Assembly: GCF_006345805.1 (NCBI RefSeq)
Contig: NC_043013.1
Coordinates: 45,136,001 to 45,200,000 of the forward strand
Reading direction: 5' to 3'
Source of the DNA: Octopus sinensis
Lineage: Eukaryota
DNA length: 64,000 nucleotides
Shown here one piece after another: positions 52,551-64,000 of this stretch (position 1 is the first letter of the stretch; every line of letters begins with the position of its first letter). The translations under genes and the position numbers were made by a program. Under the pieces are notes generated by a model that did no database searches, was not told where the DNA came from, and worked only from the letters and a program-made list of their open reading frames with translations.

Positions 52551-53685
52551 CACACACACACCAATACACACACACACACACACATATCCGTTGTGAAATA
52601 CCGATCTGGGGTGGGGAGAGATAGTGACAGTACTCAATACAAACAGAGCATACACACACACATACACACGCACATACATATTTTGATAATGCATGCGCAC
52701 TTATAGATATATGTATATTTAAACGTGTATGCGTACATAAATACAACACACACACACACACACACTCACAACTGTGCAATTCGCCCTATCCACCACAGAA
52801 TGAATTAAACCGGAAATGTTAGCTCTTTATCAAATTAGTTCACATACATAATCTCACATACTATCACATATACATACAAAAACTTATGCTCACACACCAC
52901 ACACGTACACACATACAGAGAGGAACACCTACTCATATAGCCAACCCACCCAAATTGTAATTCAGTTCATATCAAAGTGAAAAAGTGAAGTGTTTTTGCA
53001 CCGACGTTGTACGTGACAAACGCAACGTAGATAATAGGACTTGGGTAATATGTAACGAAAGAACTGAAAGTATGTCACAGATAAAATACAATAAGCAGAC
53101 TGATGCGACGGACCCTAGGCGTCAGTTATTCTATAAAATACCAATTTTATCCCTATGCAAACACTTGTTATCTTCGTGACAAAAGCTAAATAATGTTTTG
53201 TTTATGTTTCTTTGACGGCCTTATTTTTTGTTTCATTTTGCTCTGTCAAGTGATTTGCAAATACATCTCGTAATAAGCAAAACAAATTAAACCAGCAGAA
53301 CAGCCTCTACGACTCAACACAACCTGTTAGAAATAGAAACTAAATCTCCCTCAAATCACACGCTACCGAATATAAAAAAACATAAAGGATAACCAATGTG
53401 GTTTATTTGGTGACAAAGATTAGCTAACATAGCCCCTCCTCTACTTTGGTGGATCCTAAATGCTCTGGGAGGGAACTAAAATACAAGCGCTATTTACCTT
53501 GACTTCTACTAAGCTTTCGAGAGAATGTTGAAGAAATTATCCAATATGAGAGTCCGTTGCAGGATGCTACTGCAGCTTACAATTACATGTTTTCTGAATA
53601 ATAGAAAACCCATTATTTGATCGATGGCATTTACTTAAGGCCAGCAAAAGGCATTGGAAGTAGGCTTAATACAAGGTACCTTTTT

Positions 53686-54014
53686 GGATCTTTACGGTTT
53701 GAACGGCAGTTTTTTCTAGCGGAGTCATATGAAATTGTCACCCATAATTATGACCCTAGTATCGATCTACTGCATTTCAATCTGTTTTAGGGTTAGGGTT
53801 AGGGTTAGGGGTTTGGGGGAAGGGTATCTTTTTTTTTTCAGAAACATAAATAAACCCAATCTGTTTCTTAAACGAGGGACATATTCATACGGCACAGAGT
53901 GTCTTTTACCTCAATAGACGTCATTGATTGGTTGAAATTGCAGAAATTGAAGAAAAACAACAACAAATATCTTACAAACTATAAAATTTTCTGCCGTTCA
54001 AACTGAAAAGATCT
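53686..54014 (+). mobile_element. MITE with GGATCTTT.CGGTTTGAACGGCAG TIR and internal (TTAGGG)n, copy 1
   Basis: TIR at 53686; inverted end CTGCCGTTCAAACTGAAAAGATC at 53991-54013. Confidence 0.75.
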
Positions 54015-54331
54015 GGGAACTAAAATACAAGCTCCATTTACCTTGACTTCTAAGCTTTCGAGAGAATGCTGTAGAAATTATCCAATATGAGAGTCCGTTG
54101 CAGGATGCTACTGCAGCTTACAATTACATGTTTTCTGAATAATAGAAAACCCATTATTTGATCGATGGCATTTACTTAAGGCCAGCAAAAGGCATTGGAA
54201 GTAGGCTTAACACAAGGGGAGAACTTTTGATCTATGCATTTAGTTGCATGTTCATATTGAATAGATCAAATTGGAGTTCTCCTTCTTTCTGGAGCTTCGA
54301 ATCACCTACAAAGATTTTTTAAAATATCTTA

Positions 54332-54930
54332 TCGGATCTTTTCGGTTTGAACAGCAATTTTTTCTAGCAGTGTCATATGAAATTGTCACCCATAATTATG
54401 ACCCTAGTATCGATCTATTGCATTTCAATTTGTTTTAAGGTTAGGGTTTGGGTGGAGGAAGGGTATCTTTTTTTCTTCACAAATGTAAATAAACCCAATC
54501 TGTTTCTTAAACGAGGGACATATTCATATGGCACAGAATGTTTTCACCTCAATAGATGTCATTGATTGGTTGAAATTGCAGAAATTGGAGAAAAAAAACA
54601 TCAAATATCTTACAAACTATAGAATTTTCTCAATAAAGCCAAGAGAAAAAGATGTTTTATAAACACATTCTACCAGTATACGAAGTTTAAAAGTGTTTAG
54701 TTACGTGGAAATTATTTTTAAAAAACTGCCGGTCAAACCAAAAAGATCCACAGATTGGGTTTATTTACATTTGTGAAGAAAAAAAAGATGCCCTTCCCCC
54801 CACCCCTAACCCTAACCCTAACCCTAAAACAGATTGAAATGCAATAGATCGATACTAGGGTCATAATTATGGGTGACAATTTCATATGACACCGCTAGAA
54901 AAAACTGCCGTTCAAACCGAAAAGATCCGA
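54332..54930. mobile_element. Same MITE family: full copy (54334-54749) plus inverted partial copy (54750-54928), forming a foldback with ~180-bp arms
   Basis: 54332-54510 is the reverse complement of ~54750-54930; (CCCTAA)n at ~54805-54825. Confidence 0.75.
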
Positions 54931-55204
54931 AATTTTCTCTCTGAATGGAAATGCATCTAATACATCTATACTATTATTATAAACATTTAATAACTACCTG
55001 TTTGGTGACTTTCGTCAAACTAGATACACTGGGAACCTATTCTTTTGTGTCACTCAATTAATTACTCTAAAGAAACTTGATGAAAGCAATGTCATTGGCA
55101 TCGACGTCAGCAGAGCTTTCGAACGTGTCTGGCACGTGAATCTCCCGTCTAAACTGCTCGCCTATTGAGTTCCATTTGTCTAGCTCTAATTTCTTCCAGT
55201 GTAC

Positions 55205-55337
55205 TCTCTGTCTGTCTCTGCCTCTCTCTCTCTCTCTTTCTCTCTCTCTCTTACACACACACACGCATGCACACACACACACACACACACTCTCTCTCTC
55301 TCTCTCACACACACACACGCATGCACACACACACACA

Positions 55338-55368
<31 letters not shown>

Positions 55369-55702
55369 GCATGCACACACACACACACACGCATGCACAC
55401 ACACACACACACACACACTCTCTCTCTCTCTCACACACACACACGCATGCACACACAGCATGCACACACACACTCTCTCTCTCTCTCACACACACACGCA
55501 TGCACACACACACTCTCTCTCTCTCTCTCACACACACACACGCATGCACACACACACACGCATGCACAAACACGCGCGCGCGCACACACACACACTCTCT
55601 CTCTCTCTCTCTCTCACACACGCATGCACGCACACACACACGCATGCACACACAAGCGCGCATGCACACACGCACATACACTCACACGCGCGCACACACA
55701 CA

Positions 55703-55747
<45 letters not shown>

Positions 55748-55800
55748 ATGCACACACACGCACACACACACACACCCTTTCTCTCTCTCTCTCTCTCTCT
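55205..55800. repeat. Compound (CA)n/(CT)n minisatellite with recurring CGCATG spacer
   Basis: Repeating unit roughly (AC)nGCATGC(AC)n(TC)n of ~35-45 bp; explains the six overlapping low-complexity ORFs. Confidence 0.95.
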
Positions 55801-56589
55801 GTTACTCACTCATCCAGCCCCCCCCCCCGATATGTGGCTTGAGCTCAATTCCATCCCCAACGCTTGCTCCTATGTATCATTAACCTTGACCTTACCGCTA
55901 ACTGATAGTACACAATAGTTTTGGGGTCTCCTACGATTTTGTTAAAGAGGAATTCAATAAATCTAGGGACTCCAAAATGTTTGAAGAAGCCCTAAAATTT
56001 AAGAAAGCACCTGTAGATTCAGAGGGACTCAGCTAAATTTAATGGCTTTTAAAATCTAAAAGCCCCCATCCTGACCCACAAATAAATCAAAAGAGGGTCC
56101 AATAATTTTAAAAAATCTCTGAAGGATTTTTAAAAATTGCAAATTATTTGACTGCTGTAAATATATTTTACAATTTTTAACACAAAGCTTTAGACTTCAC
56201 TGAGTTAAAGGGGACCCTATTGCTTGAAGCCGCCGGGCCCGCGTTGGGCCATATGTAAATCCAGCTCTGGATACAAGCCATACAGCATTGTCATCCACAT
56301 GCACTCAAGACACTTCACATCAAATCTGCACTGATTCAATGAGAAGATCTTCCAATGTGGTCATGCTAATTTTGTTTTCTTCAACTGCAAATAATAATAA
56401 TAATAATAATAATAATAAACTATTACTACCCATGTATTTTAATTTAACTTTATTTCTATCAAAAAAAAAAAAAATGAACGAACTAGTGAGTCTAGTTTAA
56501 TGGCCTACCAATGTATACAATGAGTTTCTTTGCCCTAGGAGTCGGGAAGACACTCGGAAAGAAATGGAAGCAAATTTGAAAGAAGAAGA

Positions 56590-57149
56590 AAAAAAAAAAT
56601 AATAAATGCCCTGATGCAGTACCAGGCGGTGGTTCTCATGGATTCTGATCTTAACTGATTGGAAGTGTTATCATGTACATTGTTTTGTCTTGGTATAAAA
56701 GATGGGCTACAGCAAATATTCTGCTCAATACCACAGATTTGCTTGACCTTAACCAGTTGAGAATGTCCCTTAGTGGCTGACGATATGTGCATCTCTGATC
56801 ACGAGCAGAAGTAGTAGGGGAGCATCATAGCCATGTGTTGAGAGGAATTCTTGGAGGTTTGATAATTTACCTTTGGAAACATGGGTGGTTCATTCAATAT
56901 CCTTAAACAACCCTTATTCAGGGACCTTTTGAGCGGGATGGGTTATTCAACCAGAAGAAAATTCTAACTGGGCCCCACCTGCAAGGTCATGTGCTGTTTA
57001 TCTTGATATGAGATCACCATGTTGCGCACATATGGTTGTGATGCATGTGCCTAGTGTACCCTTATCAGACGGGTAGTCATGATGGGTATACTGGGCTTCA
57101 TATATTTTACTCCAGTGTCACTTTGATGGCATGCACTGCTCTCTCACTC

Positions 57150-57211
<62 letters not shown>

Positions 57212-57215
57212 TAAC
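56590..57215. repeat. Unclassified interspersed repeat ending in a long (AAT)n tract
   Basis: More GC-balanced ~550-bp block bounded by AAT repeats (57150-57210); family assignment not supportable from sequence alone. Confidence 0.4.
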
Positions 57216-57539
57216 AATAATGATGATGATGATCCCCTCACTCCAATTATTGCACATATCGAGAAAACATCGTCACAACCTCAGACCCTTTAAACATGAG
57301 TAGCACTCAGCTAGAGCCCTTACTCTAGTTGAGTGCTGTTTCGGACTATTTCTAACTGGAATTAACTTCATATTTTTCTTGGAGGAAGCATTGCATTCTT
57401 TTCCTTGCAAGTGTTGTGTTGTGGCCCTTATGCCTCCAGTGATTCATCAATAAATTTTATCAAATTAATTAAAAGTGAAAGATCTTATATTCGACATCCT
57501 ATTTTGTTTGCCATGCTATAAACTTGAAATTTCGCTATC

Positions 57540-57850
57540 ACTCAAAGACTGGTCATAACTCTCTACAAAGATCAAGCGAAACCCATATTGGAGTATTGGT
57601 TTCAAATCTGGGATGGTGCTGTTGTTACTGTGTTAATAGACATCCTCGACCGCATTACTTGACTGATTGATATAGAGTTACTCATAGAGTTATTTTGGTC
57701 CTTAGACATGTTGTCTCCTTCCTTTACTCCTTCAACTGCAACTACAACAGCCTCTGCTCTTCGGAGTTGTTTACTTTTGTGCCATCTCCACTCAAGCACT
57801 ACTGACTCATTTGTCTCACATCCTCCTTCACTTCATCCATTTTAAGTCCA
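57540..57850 (+). mobile_element. Degenerate CR1/Jockey-group LINE fragment
   Basis: Decayed LYK.Q.KPILEY..QIWDGA motif recognised by eye. Confidence 0.45.
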
Positions 57851-58585
57851 CTCTCTAAAACTAAGCACTATACCTAGTCTTCCCACTCCAGAAGAATAGT
57901 CCTCTGGAATTTCCTCTCTGCTCATATTTTTTCCTGCCGTTGTAGGCGTGTAGTAATTTAAACAGAACATGAACGATGCTCGTATCATCTGCGCAGAATA
58001 AATACATTAGAAATAAAAAACAGTTTATTTGTTTACTATGCTTTGTTGTTGGAGGAAAAAGAAAAGTTATAAATAACAATAAATACGTAACACTGGGATA
58101 ATATTTAGAATGAACTGAATAAACTAACACTCTATCAAGTAAAATGAGTAATCTGAAATCAGATATTTTCATTACTTACACTCTGTGAGTATAACACTTA
58201 TTTTTATTCAACACAGATCTTTTGTAAAATTCCCAAAAAAGGATTGACTCAATGAAAAATAATACAGTCTCAACAAAAAAATTGTCTCACAATACTTTAG
58301 GTCAGATGTGAGCAACTAGTAGCAATCAGGTCACATGCAGATATTTAGGACTTTTTACATGACTTTTTATAATTTCGTAAATATATAGGCTTAATATTGC
58401 TGGAATCACCCTGCAAAAATCGACTGTTATATCTGGCAGTAGATTGTGGTGACGATAGGAAGAGCGCTTAGGTTGGGTGGGGAAGATAACGAACCACGTG
58501 ATTTTTGTCAGTGTGATGGTCTACTAAAAGGAATGGCTGTCGAAATTGCTAATTTCTGGATGTTTTTTTGTTTTTAATATATATA

Positions 58586-58809
58586 TTTCTTTACTACCCA
58601 CAAGGGGCTAAACATAGAGGGGACAAACAAGGACAGACAAAGGGATTAAGTCGATTACATCGACCCAGTGCGAAACTGGTACTTTATTTATCGACCCCGA
58701 GAGGATGAAAGGCAAAGTCGACCTCGGCGGAATTTGAACTCAGAACGTAACGATAGACGGAATACGGCTACGCATTTCGCCCGGCGGGCTAACGTTTCTG
58801 CCAGCTCGC
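58586..58809 (-). mobile_element. SINE family 2, full length, head-to-head with a family 1 copy
   Basis: Reverse complement of the family 2 consensus seen elsewhere in the window. Confidence 0.85.
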
Positions 58810-58822
58810 TGTTTTTCATATA

Positions 58823-58998
58823 TAGGCGTAGGAGTGGCTGTGTAGTAAGTAGCTTGCTAACGAACCACATGGTTCTGGGTTCAGGGCCACTGCGTGGCAC
58901 CTTGAGCAAGTGTCTTCTTCTAGTATAGCCTCGGGCTGATCAAAGCCTTGTGAGTGGATTTGGTAGATGGAAACTGAAAGAAGCCCGTCGTATATATG

Positions 58999-59038
<40 letters not shown>

Positions 59039-59272
59039 TATATATATGTGTGTGTGTGTGTATATATGTTTGTGTCTGTGTTTGTCCCCCCAACATCGCT
59101 TGATAACCGATGCTGGTGTGTTTACATCCCTGTAACTTAGTGGTTTGGCAAAAGAGACCGATAGAATAAGTACTAGGCTTACAAAGAATAAATCCTGGAT
59201 TCGATTTGGTTGACTAAAGGCAGTGCTCCAGCATAGCCACAGTCAAATGACTGAAACAAGTAAAAGAGTAAC
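58823..59272 (+). mobile_element. SINE family 1, full length
   Basis: Head, internal (TA/CA/TG)n tract and tail all present. Confidence 0.88.
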
Positions 59273-60103
59273 GAGTATACTATTTTATTTTATTTCTGGG
59301 AAGGAGTAGGTATGAGAGGCAACATAACCACATATTTCAAGAAATAAAGAACTTCATGAAATTCAAAACAACTAACAGATCTTTTCTGTTTTGGCTGCAC
59401 TTTTTGAAACTTTAAAATTAAGTGGAAGATTATCAAATATGGTGTATTGCTGTAATTTTTTACACTGAATCTTAGAGCCTAATTCACTTGTTCCAGAAAA
59501 TTAAAAAAAAAGAGTTACAGTGTTTAAAGTTTGATGATATTTACCCAATCAGTGAACAGGACTTGGACGCTGTCATTTTATGCATGACTGCAATCGTAAG
59601 ATGACAAAACAGTTTCAACATTACGATGCATGTGCTTTGAGCATTTGATAAATGAAAAATGTTCGGAAAACGAGTAAACAACACATATCTTGTAGTTTTA
59701 CGCATTCAGTATGCATTTAATGTGGAAAAAGAGTAAACAACTAATTTTGTGGTTTTAAGAGTAGAAAAAAAAGTGGGTACGAGAATTCAAATGCAGCGGA
59801 AAATATCAGTTTATAAACAAATGAAGTTTTTCAGAAATGCTTTTCTAATGCTTGGCTTGTTACTTTGGAAACAGGCTCCTTTATATATATGTGGCTTCTG
59901 ATTGACTAAAATTACCCCAAATTTGCAAACGTTAAAAGCTATTAACTATTTATTTATTGATTTATGGCGAAAATTAATTTAATGTCAATGATTACTTTAC
60001 GAAACTACACCAATACACCAAATGTGAAATCAAGTGGAACAAAAATTGAAGAAATTGAAAAGTGGCAGCCAAACAGAAAAGATATATATATATATATATA
60101 TAT

Positions 60104-60603
60104 ATACAAAATAAGAAAATGGAGAAATACATCGAAATCAAATATCAATTACCAGATAATACTCAATCACATACTTTATTAACCCACCACATAAGAAACT
60201 ATAAGGTTAAACATAAAAAAGTAGAACAAAACAGTGTACATAAAAGAGTAATGTTATACAATAAGTAGAATATATATAAGAGAATATAAATAGATAAGTA
60301 TGTCTCATTTTACTTATAATATAAGTAAAATGAAACATACTTATCTACATGGCCGAAACAGCTGTAAGATGTAGTCTATATTTATATTTATATTTACTTA
60401 TATTTATATTCTCTTATATATATTCTACTTATTGTATAACATTACTCTTTTATGTACACTCCTTTATGTACACTGTTTTGTTCTACTTTTTTATGTTTAA
60501 CCTTATAGTTTCTTATGTGGTGGTTTAATAAAGTATGTGATTGAGTATTATCTGGTAATTGATATTTGATTTCGATGTATTTCTCCATTTTCTTATTTTG
60601 TAT
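60104..60603. repeat. ~500-bp palindrome (arms ~190 bp) with nested central hairpin; Penelope-like inverted terminus
   Basis: 60104-60292 is the reverse complement of 60401-60603; inner hairpin 60291-60347; GGCCGAAACAGCTGTAAG in the spacer. Confidence 0.85.
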
Positions 60604-62046
60604 TATGAATTTGTGGTAAAACATTTTACCTTTGCCCATATAATACAGTAAACGAATGAATTGCATCGCAATTCTTAACATTTATGTATTAACTTTGTTG
60701 GGTACTTCACTAGCAGTATATTGGATACATGTTATCCCATAGAGGGTTGCATTTACAACCCCAATCTCAATTTGTATATATATATATATATTTATTATAT
60801 AGAAGGAGCTTCTACAGGACTAGAACTGTTTCATTCTGCTATGTATTGAGTACCTTATTTACTGTGGTTAACCCCGAATCAACCCGGGACCTACATATAT
60901 ATATATATATTTATGTAAATGATAATTATTATAAGCATAAAGCTTATAAGCGATCACATGTATTAGCTGAAAAAAAAAAAGTTTAATATTGGGGCACGTA
61001 CACACACTCATTACATAAATAAGTAGAGCAGTAATGAATAAATGAGGGAGTCCTCTACGTGAGGAAACCTATGAATGCATCTAAATTTCAAACCACTCCC
61101 AGATGAAGTGTCAAAATAAATGAATTTAAAAAATGCTTAAGCCTCATTCATCCCAACCAAAACCAGTAATTTAATATAAGTTAGTCACTTATAAATATGT
61201 AAATTTAATGATTCATTATTTTCATTAACACAGACACGGGTTATTACGTATTTCTACCCCATTCCTTGGTTATCTCATGGTCTCTTAGCTTATTAGAAAT
61301 AGAAGCCAAATCTTGTTCGAATTATATCTTACCACCAATGATGAGGTAGTCACAGCCCCTATAGTTATTTTTTTCTTTTTAATGAAATATTTTACAAACC
61401 ATCCATTCATAGTCTAGCGAGCAAGTAAAGGAGCTGCTACAGTTGTTCAGAGTGGTCATTTTGGTTGGCTTAGGTCAGCAGTTCTCAACCAGGGACCATA
61501 TGGCTCCTGAGGGTCTACATAAGATTTTTGGGGGTCCATGCAACAAAATGGTAAATTGGGGATCCACAATAATATTCTAACCCTTTTGATACCAACCTGC
61601 CTGAAACCGCCTCTGGCTCTGTGGTACAAATGTCTTGTTTTCAAAAGTTTTGAATCAAAATCTTCCACCAAAGCTTAGTCATAATTAATGTTCCTAACAC
61701 TAGCTTAATAATAACTAAGTGTGAGAGAAAGTTGGAGCGAAAGAGTACAACAGGGGTCGCCACCATCCCCTGCCAGAGCCTCGTGGAGCTTTAGGTGTTT
61801 TGCTCAATAAACACACACAACGCCCGGTCTGGGAATCGAAATCGCGATCCTCCGGCCGCGAGTCCGCTGCCCTAACCATTGGGCCATTGCATCTCCACTT
61901 GCTGTTGTTGTTGTTTTTGGGATAACAAATGTTTTTCTTTTGCAAATTAGTATTTATTTCATTGTTTTGTAGAAGCCCTCAGAAATTATTTCATGTATGC
62001 CATATTTAATTCCGTTACCCATTGCAGCAAAAGTATACTTCAAAAA

Positions 62047-62448
62047 TCTTTATATATAAAAGAGAGGTTGTGTGCTGTCTGTCTCCTACGATTTAGATTC
62101 CTAACTACTCCCACATTTTGCGGTGCAGTTTAACCAAAACTGGGTATCTTATAGTCGTGATTCATATCGAGCCCTTCTGGGTATTAGCACGCGTCTACAA
62201 TGAGTCTACGATTTAAAAAAAAATTTACCATAATTTTTCCGTATTTTTAATGCATTTTTTTGCTATTATATAAGTGAAGTAACTCTCTAAAAATGTATTA
62301 TTAAATCTCAGAACGTAAAAAGCTACAGTAACACCCCCCCTCCTTTGTGGTTAGCCATATTGAGATGGTTATTATACTTTACATCTCTAAAAATGCTTAT
62401 ATAGTTATTTCCCTTACAAACCCGAGCAACGCCGGGTGATACTGCTAG
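62047..62448 (+). mobile_element. Non-autonomous Helitron, family B
   Basis: A|TCTTTATATATAAAAG...AACCCGAGCAACGCCGGGTGATACTGCTAG|T. Confidence 0.85.
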
Positions 62449-62810
62449 TCCCTAGTCATAAAGCGTGTAATACTCCAATGTTATTATATATTATGAAGTG
62501 TCAAAACATTTCATTGCATATCCATGACCTGCTCCCCGACAACATTCAACAACACAGTGCAATAGTGTCAGTGACTGGGTCAAAGACGGCTGCAAAAATT
62601 GTTTGAGGATGTTAGACAAAAGTAAATATAATGGTATAGCCATCTCTCTCTGTCTGTCTGTTTGTCTATCTGTCTCTCACTCTGTCACACAAACACACAC
62701 ACTCTCTCTTTCTCTCTCCTGTCCCCACTCTCTCTCTATATATATTTGTATATATGCATGTATATACATATATGTATGTATATACATATATGTATGTGTG
62801 TGTATATATA

Positions 62811-62960
<150 letters not shown>

Positions 62961-63309
62961 AAACTCTGTATCATGCTTTACTGCAGGTCAAATTTTTGTT
63001 GATATTTTGAATATTAAACATTGTACAAGTGTGAAACTTGGTCCACTGAAAGATCCTAGGTAGGCACATACGCAGTGGACAATTCAATTGTATTGACATA
63101 AGCTACATACAAAGTTATGTTGAGTTATGTATTTTGAGGTTCTTTCAACTGTGTCACGGTTTATTGCAGGTGTACGAAAATGTCAATTTAAGGTAATGAA
63201 ACAAAGTATTATCGTTATGTTACCATTTTATTGTAATAATGAAACATACTACCTAAGAATAGCAGCAAAAAATATGAAACAAACATAATTAAATTGTTGG
63301 TATTGCACT

Positions 63310-64000
63310 TTAGTCTACGTAACTTCCTTGTTTAGAAATGACATCAAACAGTCTTTTATCCACAGAAGCTGTTAGCCGACTAATCTAAGATGTTGTGGTA
63401 CCAGCAATTGTTTTGATCTTTTCCCTCGGGGCATCCTTTAAGGAAAACTGGATATCTCCTCCATACACTTTCTTCTTCAAGACCAACCAAAGCTGTTCAA
63501 TAGGATTTAGGTCAGGAGAGCAGGGAGGCCAAATTATGGGTGATTGGCCTGTAATTCCCAAAATTGCGAAGTATGAAATTGTAGCCTTGGCTAAATGCGA
63601 AGGAGTATTGTCATGCATAAAAATCAATAGCTGTCAACGTGAGAATAACAGATCATATAACCATGCTGCAAAATGCTCCTCCTGAAGTGTGGTGTAGTTG
63701 CTGGTGAGTTTGACACCTCTTGAAACTCGGAAAGGCCCGACTAGTGCATTTCCTATGATTCCCACCCAAAACATGACACCACCACCTTCTTGTTGATGCT
63801 GAATGCAATGAGGACAAGAGGCTCCAACTGGTACCCAAACTTTGGCCCATCTGCCAGGGACATCCAGAGTAGCTCTGGCCTCGTCTATGAAAAGGGCATC
63901 TTGGAAAGTTATCTTCATGTACTTCTGTGCCCAATCAATACGTTTCTCATTGTGGTTCTTGCTTAGGATGGGTCTGGCTGTCTCTTTAAGGATCCTACAC
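63310..64000 (-). mobile_element. Tc1-superfamily transposase remnant, DD37E (TRT-type), frameshifted, runs off window end
   Basis: LFIDEARATLD, GGGVMFWVGI, IFMHDNTPSH, WPPCSPDLNPIEQLW; 37 residues between the second D and E; C-terminus LTASVDKRLFDVISKQGSYVD* with stop at 63310-63312. Confidence 0.9.

Noticed and set aside
53498-53593. Minus-strand exon-like segment with good acceptor and CAAG|GTAAAT donor inside the duplicated X unit
   Set aside because: Stops in all three frames in both copies; no partner exons found
53788-53815. (TTAGGG)n as a true telomere or chromosome-fusion scar
   Set aside because: Only 3-4 units, and embedded at the same position in each copy of a MITE
55067-55918. 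Six long overlapping ORFs (up to 239 aa) rich in HT/SL/CV/ER
   Set aside because: Translations of a compound (CA)/(CT) microsatellite, which lacks stops by composition

Overview
AT-rich, microsatellite- and SINE-dense animal DNA, most likely octopus/coleoid cephalopod (inferred from my recognition of the SINE families and the repeat landscape, not database-checked). Two convergent spliced genes were assembled by hand from GT-AG junctions and reading-frame phase. (1) Plus strand: the last five coding exons (1833-11482) of an SH3BP5-like/parcas-type Rab11 GEF; its 5' exon(s) lie outside the window. (2) Minus strand: a complete 5-coding-exon, 276-aa gene (42959 down to 28739) whose motifs and C-terminal CCHC UBZ finger match FAAP20, a Fanconi anemia core-complex protein I know essentially only from vertebrates. 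Its 5' region is structurally unusual: a ~430-bp inverted duplicate of the first coding exon/intron junction, a 280-bp tandem duplication, an interleaved double hairpin and a candidate YY1-marked non-coding first exon. The rest is transposon-derived: several SINE families, a decayed Helitron plus non-autonomous Helitrons sharing its 3' hairpin, a DD37E (TRT-type) Tc1 transposase remnant, mariner/hAT/MITE pieces, RTE and CR1 LINE fragments, and Penelope-type termini carrying minimal hammerhead ribozyme motifs. No rRNA, bona fide tRNA or CRISPR array was seen.
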